Source of the DNA: Candidatus Nitrospira inopinata
GTDB taxonomy: Bacteria; Nitrospirota; Nitrospiria; Nitrospirales; Nitrospiraceae
DNA length: 32,000 nucleotides
Assembly: GCF_001458695.1 (NCBI RefSeq)
Contig: NZ_LN885086.1
Span: forward strand, 960,001-992,000
Reading direction: 5' to 3'
Shown here: one piece after another, positions 17,501-25,703 of the stretch
How the letters are laid out: each line of letters starts with the position of its first letter
How positions within the stretch are numbered: the first letter of the stretch is position 1
Notes under the pieces: generated by a model
Told to the model about the DNA's origin: nothing
Databases searched by the model: none
What the model saw: the letters and a program-made list of their open reading frames with translations, nothing else
Translations under genes and position numbers: made by a program

Positions 17501-18437
17501 CGTTCACCAACCGCCTGGCCAAGGCCTCGACCGTCTCCCGCAGGCGAGGTCGATGTTGCGCCATCCACTGGTCATAGGCCTGGTAGTAATGGCCGCGCGC
17601 CGCTTTCTTGAGCGAACAGCCGGGCCGGTCCTGATCCGAGGCGAAGTTTCGCGCTTCGAACTGTCGCTCGCGGAACAGCATCCAGACCCAGTGATCGATC
17701 ACCGGCCGAAAGGGCTCCAACAAGTCGCACGCGAGCGACTCGCGGCCATAGTCGATCTCGTGATAGAAGCCGATCAAGGGATCCAACCCGATCAGCTCGC
17801 ACTCGCGAACCCATTCCCAGTGGGCGAGGGTGTAGGTCAACGACAAGAGCGCATTGACCGGATCGCGAGGCGGCCGCCGTTCCCGCCCTCCGAACGCCAG
17901 GCTTGCGGGAAACAGGGACGGCAACGCGGCGAAGTATGCCGCCGCCGCACCCCCTTCCAATCCACGGAGCCGTTCCAGCGTCTCAGCGCCGGTGACTTTC
18001 GCCATGGTCTCCTTGATGACGGTGGCGGCGTGGAGCAACCCGGCCCGCCGGTCTGGTCGGACATCCGCCGTCTCCATGAGGAACGATGCCTGGCCGTCGA
18101 GCTTGGCTGTGATCCATTCCCTCGCCAGAGCCAGGGCCATCGGACTCCGATAGGCATCGTATTGAGCGACACGCAGCCGGGCATGATTATGCAGGCGACC
18201 GATCACGCGGCCGCGGAACGAGAGGCTGCGCCCTGACAAAAACAGCACGGAGATCCCTTGCTCCGCCAGACGGTGCAGCAGGGCCGTCTCGACCGTCTGC
18301 CGGCCGATCACCACGAGCCGGTCCACCGGCGCGAGCGGCACCATGCCGTCCCGTTCGCCGTTCACATAGACCGCCAAGGCTCCGCCGTCCAGCCGAAGTT
18401 CCGCGTCTGTTCTGTCCAGATAGACGGTGCCGCCCAT
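17475..18437 (-). CDS. cas1: CRISPR-associated integrase Cas1 (320 aa)
   Basis: All Cas1 hallmarks are present: '[13 protein letters not shown]' (Glu), '[22 protein letters not shown]', and '[32 protein letters not shown]' (His, Asp/Glu). Confidence 0.92.
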   Translation of the reverse strand: [320 protein letters not shown]

Positions 18438-18515
18438 TGATCTGCCGCCTCAGTGTGTCTTTTGGAGATTGGCCCCGAGTCCCACAGGCTCCTGAATACG
18501 CCGGCTTCGCGACTC

Positions 18516-18602
18516 TCGCAAGCGCGGAAACGTTGCGGCAGGTGCCCGGCAAGATACAGTTGTATCCTTTTGAATGCCCAAACGATTCGCAAGGGCGGAA
18601 AC
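18516..18602 (+). repeat. two 16-nt direct repeats TCGCAAG(C/G)GCGGAAAC, 71 nt apart
   Basis: 18516-18531 and 18587-18602 are identical at 15/16 positions. Copy 1 is preceded by, and partly forms, a hairpin (GCTTCGCGA-CTC-TCGCAAGC, one bulge) followed by the 8 nt GCGGAAAC. Confidence 0.6.
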
Positions 18603-18664
18603 AAAGTGATAAGCGGTCGGCTTTCTTCCCGCCCATCGACCTCCATGCCGTCATAGGCCAAAAC

Positions 18665-18679
18665 TGGCACTTATATTGC
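18665..18679 (+). promoter_or_regulatory. candidate sigma54 (-24/-12) promoter
   Basis: In CTGGCACTTATATTGCC, TGGCAC (18665-18670) and TTGC (18676-18679) have the canonical spacing of the TGGCAC-N5-TTGC consensus. The site is about 158 nt upstream of the oxidase start codon. Confidence 0.45.
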
Positions 18680-18717
18680 CCCCAATCCTGCTCATTCTTG
18701 CTGCTTGTTGCCCATTG

Positions 18718-18746
18718 TTGACACAGGGGAAGCCTTTGCGTATAAG
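18718..18746 (+). promoter_or_regulatory. candidate sigma70 promoter
   Basis: TTGACA (18718-18723), a 17-nt spacer, then TATAAG (18741-18746). This is a perfect -35 and a 5/6 -10, about 90 nt upstream of ATG 18837. Confidence 0.5.
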
Positions 18747-18836
18747 CGCCAAGGATCTCAAAAGGAGCTCAAGAAAACTTCGTAGACGATGGCGGTCCGG
18801 GAACATTCGCAGACGAAAGTGAGAAAAGGAGAACAG

Positions 18837-21800
18837 ATGACGAGCAAGAGAGTGGGCGAGCAGTGTGGAGCACGATGGTGTTCAACCGTGCTCTCGATCA
18901 TGATGGTGAGTGCGGTGATCGTGGGTAGTAATATGGTCTGGGCGCAAACCGGGGCGGTCGGCGAGCAACGTGCCGTAACCGCGAAACCGGTCCAAACGCG
19001 GCAGCTTCCGGTGAAACCGCTCCCGCCCGGTCTTCCCGCTCAATCCTGTCCCGCCTCAGCGCTCAAGGCCGACGTGGTCGCCATCGACCATCCGATCGTG
19101 TTCAACCGGTTCGGCGCCCAAAACATCAATTGGATGATGTACGCCCTGCGTCACGACGTGATCGATCTCAAATCAGGCCGGCCGTTGGATGCGTCGTTGC
19201 TCAAGGAAGTGAGGAGCCGCTCGAAGAGCCGCCACATCGCCTTGCGGCCGGATTTGAGGCCCAGGCCGCTCGTGTTGCGCGTAGCGGCGGGAAACTATTT
19301 GGCCGTCACGGTTACCAACCTACTGGAGGTGGAATCAGGTTCACCGCCGGATTCTTCCATCGGAAACCCGTTTCATTCCGACGAGACCGACCTCCTTCCC
19401 GGGGTCGATCACCCGATGGAACAGGGCCGCCGCGATCCTCCCGGCACACCGGGTGAGCAACGGATCTTCCACATCGACGAACAGGTCGAAAGCCGCACGA
19501 TCGGTTTCCACGTGCAGGGATTAGAGCTGGTCAACTCTATCTCGGACGACAGTTCGTTCGTGGGGACCAATCCCAACAGCCTCCTCAAACCCGGTCAAAC
19601 CAGAACCTATTGTCTCTTTGCCGCTCGCGAGGGGACCTACGGGATCAGTAGTGACGGGGCCGTATTCGGAGGCGACGGCACGGCGGGCAACTCGGCGGTG
19701 GGGCTCTTCGGCGTCGTGGCGGTAGAACCGAAGAACGCGCGATTCTATCGATCGCAGGTCACCGAGGAAGAGCTTCGCTTGGCGACCAAGGGGACCACGG
19801 CTTTCGGCCAACCGATCATCAACTACGAGGCCCTCTATCCCAACGACTGTCCCGGCGGCATCTGGTGCCGCGAGGGCAAGGCGGGACTCCCGATCCTGAA
19901 CATGGTTCATCGTAGCCGTCTCGTCCACAGCGACATCAATGCGATCATCATGGGCCCCAAGCCGGATGGGAGCTTCCCTCCCTCCACCTATCCGCTTGAA
20001 GCGACCGGCAAACGCAACCCGACGTTGCCCAATCGGTTGGAGCCGTTCCGTGAATTTGTCTCGGTCTATCATGACGAGGCGGCGGCGACGCAAGCGTTCC
20101 CCTATTTCTTTGAACATCCGGAGTTGCACCACACCCTGCACGGGGTTCGTGACGCCTTCATGATCAACTATGGCTCCGGAGGGATCGGCGCGGAGATCAT
20201 CGCGAACCGACTCAAGGCCGGTCCTTCTCACGACTGTGTCGATTGCGCCTACGAAGAGTTTTTCTTATCGGCCTTCACGGTGGGCGATCCCGCCATGATC
20301 GTCGATAGGCCGGCCAACCTCTCGACCGGCCTCTGCCAGCCGGAATACCTCCAGCCTGAATTTGCGGCGGAGTATCAGAAGTTTTGCGTCCAGCACCCCC
20401 AAGATCGGGCGACCAAGGTGTACTACCCGCACGATCCCTCCAACGTGCATCACAGTTACATCGGCGACTTTCTCAAGTTCCGGAACGCCCACGTGGGTAA
20501 GGAGCAGCACATCTTCCATCTCCATAATCATCAATGGCTGTTCAATCCCAATGACGACAATTCCAACTATATCGACGCGCAGGCCATCGGACCGGGGTCT
20601 GGCTATACCTATGAAATCGCCTTCGGCGGGTCGGGCAATCGCAATCGGACGGTCGGCGACGCGATCTTCCACTGTCATTTCTATCCGCACTTCGCCCAGG
20701 GCATGTGGGCGATGTGGCGCGTTCATGACGTCTTCGAAGCCGGCACCAAGCTCAAAGTCAGTGAGACGAGGACGGGTTTCCATGATCAGCCGTTCGGCCT
20801 GATGGATGGCACGCCGGGCAGGGGCGCTCGAGCTCTGCCCGATGGGGAAATCGTGGCCGGTGCGCCGATTCCCGCCGTCGTGCCGCTCCCTGGTAAAGCG
20901 CTTGCGCCCATGCCGGGAAAGGTGATCGTCCAGCCTCGCATCGGGCTTGACAGCCAAGTGCATGGCTCGGTGGCGAAGGTGATCGATCGCGAGCGCAACC
21001 CCGGCTTTCCCTTCTGGGTGGCGGGAATCGAAACGACCGTGGGCTCCCGTCCCACGACCCCACCTTTGGATATGTCGGAAATTCCCGGTGTGGTGAAGGG
21101 CCATGACGGAGGACTCCCGCGCCATGCCTTGCACGGCTATTCGGCCGATGCCCATTCGGAAGACTTCCTCTCCCGGCACACCGCCAAAAAAGAAATCAAG
21201 AGGGCCAAGCCGGAGTTTTTCCCGGAACAGGGCACGGATCTCGAACAACTCGCCATGAAGTATCACGCCACGCACCACCCGACGGTGAGGCTCACGGCCG
21301 CCGGCACGGTGGCAGGTCCGGCCCTGTTTCGGACGAACGGGGCTCCGCCGGTCCCCGGCGCGCCGTTTAACGAGCCCTGCATCGATGATCGAGGCAAGGT
21401 ATTAGCGACCGGTCAGGACGCCCGCTTCTTCGGCGGCGCTCCAGGCACCTGGCTCAAGGTGAGTGAGGTGCTGCCGGGCGGGATCGAATTCGGCGCCGAC
21501 AAGCCGCGCGTCTATAAGGGTGCCAATATCCAGCTCGACGTCGTGTTCAACAAACTGGGGTACCACTATCCTCAGCAGCGGATCTTGGCCCTATGGGAGG
21601 ACGTCCCGCCGCTTCTGCGCAAGGCTCTGGCGCCGGAGCCGCTCGTGATCCGCATGAACACGTTCGACTGCGCCATGTACGCGCACACGAACCTGGTGCC
21701 GCTCAAATTCTACGAGGACGACTATCAAATCGAGACGCCGACGGATGTCATCGGCCAACATATCCATCTCCCCAAGTGGGATTTGACCTCGGCGGACGGA

Positions 21801-24800
21801 GGCGCCAACGGCTGGAACTACGAGGACGGCACCTTCTCGCCCGGTACCGTGCGAGAGCGCATTCACGCGATCAACGAGTGGAATGCCAACCACCCCGCTC
21901 AGGCCGTGCCCCATCCGGTGACCGGGGTCACGACCTTGGTGCCGGCGGTCCATCCCTTCTTCAACGGAGACAATCCGCTCATCGCGGGCCCGATCCCGTT
22001 GCAAAAGCCTGGTGAAGCCTGTCTGAAAGCCTGGGAAGAAGTCGGAGGCAACGTCCACAAGTTTGAATTGACCTTCGGTATGCCGGGCGTCTGCGATTGG
22101 CTGGGAGCCAGGACCACGTTGCAACGGTGGTTCTCCGATCCGGTTGTGAACACCGGCCATGTCCATCGGGGGCTCGGCACGACCTTCACCCATGACCATC
22201 TTGGGCCCTCCACCCATCAGCAGGTGGGCCTCTACGCCACCATGTTGAGCGAGCCGCCCGGTTCGGAATGGCGACACAACGAGACAGGGCAGAAACTCTA
22301 CGATCCGGCCATCCGTCAGGACGGAGGTCCCACCTCGTGGCAGGCGGTGATTGCCGGGAAAAAGGGGACCGGTCTGGACATTGATAAGGACAAGCAGGAC
22401 GACGCCCACCGGGAGTTCTTCATCCAGTTCGGCGACTTTCAACATGCCTATGAGAAGGGCGTGTACGTCGGCGTCAACGAGAAGGGCTGGTCCTACGAGG
22501 TCGATACGAACGTCAAACCGACGCCTGACACCTATCGGTTTGCCATCCATCCGTCACATCGGAAGCCGACGAATCCGGTCTTTCCAGACATCGTGGCCTA
22601 TGAGCCGACTTGCCCTGGCGGAAAAGATGAACACCGGCTCCCGGGTGCCGTGTATCACGCCGTGACGCCGCCGCTCAGGCCCTGTCCTGAGGCGATCTCA
22701 GCCGATGATATCGGCATGATGGTCGTGAACTATCGCAACGAACCGGTTGCCGCCCGCGTGTACGATCCCAAGAAGGTCGGGCCTGATGGAAAACTGGGGG
22801 CGCAAACCAATGGCCCGGCGGGCGATCTCGCCTTGGCCCTTCAGACCAGGACGGATCGCGCAATTTCCGAACTCAACACCCAGCTTGGCGCGACACCCTA
22901 TCCGGCCTTGACCAACGGGGTGTTGGCCGGTGATCCCTTCACGCCGATCCTGCGAGCCCATGCGGGGGACCTGATCCGTGTCAAGGTCCAGGCCGGCTCG
23001 CACGAACACGAACACAACGGCGCGATCAACGGGCTTCTGTGGCTCCAAGGGGGCTCCGGCTATGGGCAGGCTCCCCATTCTGGCTGGCGCAATTCACAGA
23101 ATACGGGGCTGTCGGAACAGTTCGCGTTCACCGCGAGACTCAAGGACCATCGGTTCGCGATCAATGATCGGCTTTACGTGATCGATGCAAGCCAAGATGG
23201 GATTTGGAATGGCGCCTGGGGAGTGGTGCGGAGCTACGACCAGAAACAGGCCGATCTCGTGCCACTGCCGAACCATCCTCAGCCGTCTCATTTACCGGCC
23301 GGTTCCGCCTGTCCCGCCTCCGCGCCGGTGCGGTCGTACCATGTCGCGGCGGTGTTGGCGAACCAGGTGCTCGATCCGGTGCCGGGCATCTCGATTCCTC
23401 CGGCGGCCCCTGGCAGCACCCTTGATCCGAAGGGTGGCACGCTCGTCTATAATCCCCGGCAGACGCAGTTGACGCTGCTCATCGATGGGAAGCCCACCTC
23501 CTTTGGCGCCGGGCCCTTGCACGATCCGACGGCGATCCTGTTCGTGCGGCTTTCCGATCTCGACCCGGCCACCGGCAAGCTTAAACCCGGCGCACCGTTG
23601 GAGCCGGTCGTCATCCGAGCCGCGGCGGGCGACTGTGTGCAGGTCGCCTTGTACAACAGGCTGCCGGTCAAGCAGAGCCAAATGCCGGACCTGGATGGCT
23701 ACACGGCCCTCTCCGGAACCGTCATCCGCGACCATGGGACCGGGGCATCGAGTATGACCACGTTCAATAACAATCTCATCAGGCCGTCGAACGTGATCGG
23801 TCTCCATCCCCAGATGGTGCACTATGACATCCAGGCATCGGACGGTGACACAGTCGGCGTCAACCTGGTTGGCGGAGTGGCGCCTGGCGGTGTCAAACTC
23901 TACCAATGGTACGCGGGCGTGCTGGATACGGAAACAGCAGGACCGCTGTGTCCTGATTATGCCGGGAACGACCTCGCGCGACAGTTCGACCGGCTGAGTC
24001 TCTTCACCCGTGAGCCCCGCTTGCGGCCGTTGAACGAGTTCATGACGCAGGAACTCTTTGCCAACGTTGCCACGGCCATCTTGGAACGGGCGCTGCGGCA
24101 AGATCTGAGGATCACCCAGCATCACCTGACAACAGGCGGTGTGCAAATCCACCGGACGAGCGAGCCAACCGGCGGTCCTGCAAAGGTATCACCTTCCATT
24201 GAGAGCATGCCGGCCTCACCGCCGGTGGTCGCGCAAACCCAGGAGCCTCAGCAAATCATCCCCTCGCTGGTGAGACAGTTGACGGCTGCCGTTCAGAACG
24301 CCCAATGTTTCGAAGAACCGCCGACAGGTGGGATTCAGGGACTCGCTCAAGGGCTCACGGTCGTGAGGCCCGGGAACGACGGAACGTTCCTGGCGGACGA
24401 CGGAAAGCAACCGCGCGTCCAACATGACGGCGCTCCCCTGCTCTCGCCCAAGAGCCAGTTCGATCCGCTGGCGCTCATGCCGCAGCGGCAACGGTGCCGA
24501 GAGCAGTTGCACGGTGAGTTCGTCCGGACTCTCAGCCGGGTGCTCACAGGCAATACTCTTGAAGTGGTGGCCCTCCGGTTGGCGGAGAGTTTTAAGTACG
24601 AAGTGGTGGGTGTGGCACCCGGTTCCGACGGCCGAGCCGAGTACGGTTGGCGGCTCGATCGGTATCCCGATTACACGCCGAACACGACCCGCCTTGTCAT
24701 GCCCGGGACGAAACAATGTCGCTTCGTCCCGGTCGAGTTCGGCGCGAGCAACCTCACGCCGCCGGACCGGATCAAACAAGGACAAAAGGCCGCCGTGGGG

Positions 24801-25703
24801 GCCATGGTGATCGAACCGGAAAAGTCGATCTGGCTTGAAACGTTCGACGATTGGGCCATGGATCGGCAAGATCCCACTCAGAAGCGCCGAAGCCGGGCCA
24901 CGGCGACGGTCACCTATCCGACAATCGAAGGAGAGGCGCCAAAACATCGAGCCTTCCGCGAGATCGCGCTGGTCCATCAAAAGGGATTGAACCTACGAAA
25001 TGCGAAGGGCGATGCCCTGGCCAATTTGGCGGCGGAGAAGGCGGAGGCCGAAGAGCCGAGCGACCGGACCGTGCCGGAAGACGCGCATGACGCGGGGCAC
25101 ATGGCGATCAACTACGGCACGGAGCCGATGTGGTTCCGGTTCGGCCTGCCGCCCGATGCCCCCTTTGGGCGCGAGGGTTTTGCCGGCGCCGTCCATGCTT
25201 GGCAGGCCTTCTCCAACTCCTGTTGCTCGACCGGCGGCAGTGTCACGACCACGTCGCAACCGGTGGGTGATCCGGCCGTGCCGATCCTGCGAGTCAGGCC
25301 CGGCGGTGAATTGCGACTCCGTACCGTCATGCCGACCGGCGTGGGGCGAGGAACGGTCATGGACCTACATGGCCACCACTGGGCGAGGGATCCCTACTTG
25401 GCCGAACGGCTGGGACCGGGTGGCCTCCCCAACGGCTCTCGTCCCGCCGACTGGGGGGTGGGATCTCAATGTCTCGGGCGCAACCCGCTCAATTTTGCCC
25501 GTGGTGGGCAAGAGAGCATGACGCCGATGGCGCACTTTGACCTCGTCATGCCAAGGGCCGGCGGCAGACATCTGGTCAAAGGCGACTATCTGTACCGCGA
25601 CCATGCCGGCTTCGGCATCACGAACGGCCTCTGGGCTCTCGTGCGTGTCGAGGGGCTCCCTCTGTTCTCCTCCGGCTTGCGATCGTCCTGTCGAGTGCCA
25701 TGA
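18837..25703 (+). CDS. giant secreted multicopper-oxidase-like protein, MnxG-like (2288 aa)
   Basis: ORF 18789-25703. I prefer ATG 18837 because SD AAGGAG (18826-18831) sits 5 nt upstream and a signal peptide follows (MTSKRVGEQCGARWCSTVLSIMMVSAVIVGSNMVWA/QT). Cu-ligand signatures: HIFHLHNH (20508-20531), HCHFYPHFAQGM (20670-20705), HIH (21759-21767), THDH (22191-22199), HEHEHNG (23001-23015), LHGHHW (25365-25382). Confidence 0.78.
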   Translation: MTSKRVGEQCGARWCSTVLSIMMVSAVIVGSNMVWAQTGAVGEQRAVTAKPVQTRQLPVKPLPPGLPAQSCPASALKADVVAIDHPIVFNRFGAQNINWMMYALRHDVIDLKSGRPLDASLLKEVRSRSKSRHIALRPDLRPRPLVLRVAAGNYLAVTVTNLLEVESGSPPDSSIGNPFHSDETDLLPGVDHPMEQGRRDPPGTPGEQRIFHIDEQVESRTIGFHVQGLELVNSISDDSSFVGTNPNSLLKPGQTRTYCLFAAREGTYGISSDGAVFGGDGTAGNSAVGLFGVVAVEPKNARFYRSQVTEEELRLATKGTTAFGQPIINYEALYPNDCPGGIWCREGKAGLPILNMVHRSRLVHSDINAIIMGPKPDGSFPPSTYPLEATGKRNPTLPNRLEPFREFVSVYHDEAAATQAFPYFFEHPELHHTLHGVRDAFMINYGSGGIGAEIIANRLKAGPSHDCVDCAYEEFFLSAFTVGDPAMIVDRPANLSTGLCQPEYLQPEFAAEYQKFCVQHPQDRATKVYYPHDPSNVHHSYIGDFLKFRNAHVGKEQHIFHLHNHQWLFNPNDDNSNYIDAQAIGPGSGYTYEIAFGGSGNRNRTVGDAIFHCHFYPHFAQGMWAMWRVHDVFEAGTKLKVSETRTGFHDQPFGLMDGTPGRGARALPDGEIVAGAPIPAVVPLPGKALAPMPGKVIVQPRIGLDSQVHGSVAKVIDRERNPGFPFWVAGIETTVGSRPTTPPLDMSEIPGVVKGHDGGLPRHALHGYSADAHSEDFLSRHTAKKEIKRAKPEFFPEQGTDLEQLAMKYHATHHPTVRLTAAGTVAGPALFRTNGAPPVPGAPFNEPCIDDRGKVLATGQDARFFGGAPGTWLKVSEVLPGGIEFGADKPRVYKGANIQLDVVFNKLGYHYPQQRILALWEDVPPLLRKALAPEPLVIRMNTFDCAMYAHTNLVPLKFYEDDYQIETPTDVIGQHIHLPKWDLTSADGGANGWNYEDGTFSPGTVRERIHAINEWNANHPAQAVPHPVTGVTTLVPAVHPFFNGDNPLIAGPIPLQKPGEACLKAWEEVGGNVHKFELTFGMPGVCDWLGARTTLQRWFSDPVVNTGHVHRGLGTTFTHDHLGPSTHQQVGLYATMLSEPPGSEWRHNETGQKLYDPAIRQDGGPTSWQAVIAGKKGTGLDIDKDKQDDAHREFFIQFGDFQHAYEKGVYVGVNEKGWSYEVDTNVKPTPDTYRFAIHPSHRKPTNPVFPDIVAYEPTCPGGKDEHRLPGAVYHAVTPPLRPCPEAISADDIGMMVVNYRNEPVAARVYDPKKVGPDGKLGAQTNGPAGDLALALQTRTDRAISELNTQLGATPYPALTNGVLAGDPFTPILRAHAGDLIRVKVQAGSHEHEHNGAINGLLWLQGGSGYGQAPHSGWRNSQNTGLSEQFAFTARLKDHRFAINDRLYVIDASQDGIWNGAWGVVRSYDQKQADLVPLPNHPQPSHLPAGSACPASAPVRSYHVAAVLANQVLDPVPGISIPPAAPGSTLDPKGGTLVYNPRQTQLTLLIDGKPTSFGAGPLHDPTAILFVRLSDLDPATGKLKPGAPLEPVVIRAAAGDCVQVALYNRLPVKQSQMPDLDGYTALSGTVIRDHGTGASSMTTFNNNLIRPSNVIGLHPQMVHYDIQASDGDTVGVNLVGGVAPGGVKLYQWYAGVLDTETAGPLCPDYAGNDLARQFDRLSLFTREPRLRPLNEFMTQELFANVATAILERALRQDLRITQHHLTTGGVQIHRTSEPTGGPAKVSPSIESMPASPPVVAQTQEPQQIIPSLVRQLTAAVQNAQCFEEPPTGGIQGLAQGLTVVRPGNDGTFLADDGKQPRVQHDGAPLLSPKSQFDPLALMPQRQRCREQLHGEFVRTLSRVLTGNTLEVVALRLAESFKYEVVGVAPGSDGRAEYGWRLDRYPDYTPNTTRLVMPGTKQCRFVPVEFGASNLTPPDRIKQGQKAAVGAMVIEPEKSIWLETFDDWAMDRQDPTQKRRSRATATVTYPTIEGEAPKHRAFREIALVHQKGLNLRNAKGDALANLAAEKAEAEEPSDRTVPEDAHDAGHMAINYGTEPMWFRFGLPPDAPFGREGFAGAVHAWQAFSNSCCSTGGSVTTTSQPVGDPAVPILRVRPGGELRLRTVMPTGVGRGTVMDLHGHHWARDPYLAERLGPGGLPNGSRPADWGVGSQCLGRNPLNFARGGQESMTPMAHFDLVMPRAGGRHLVKGDYLYRDHAGFGITNGLWALVRVEGLPLFSSGLRSSCRVP

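Noticed and set aside
16724-18437. The Cas1 pair as a casposon or other Cas1-based mobile element.
   Set aside because: There is no family B polymerase and no terminal inverted repeats that I could see. The genes are embedded in a normal cas1-cas2-cas6 operon.
18789-18836. ATG 18789 as the start of the oxidase gene.
   Set aside because: The nearest SD-like AGGAG is about 21 nt away. ATG 18837 has AAGGAG at the optimal 5-nt spacing and is followed immediately by a signal peptide. Either start leaves the call unchanged.
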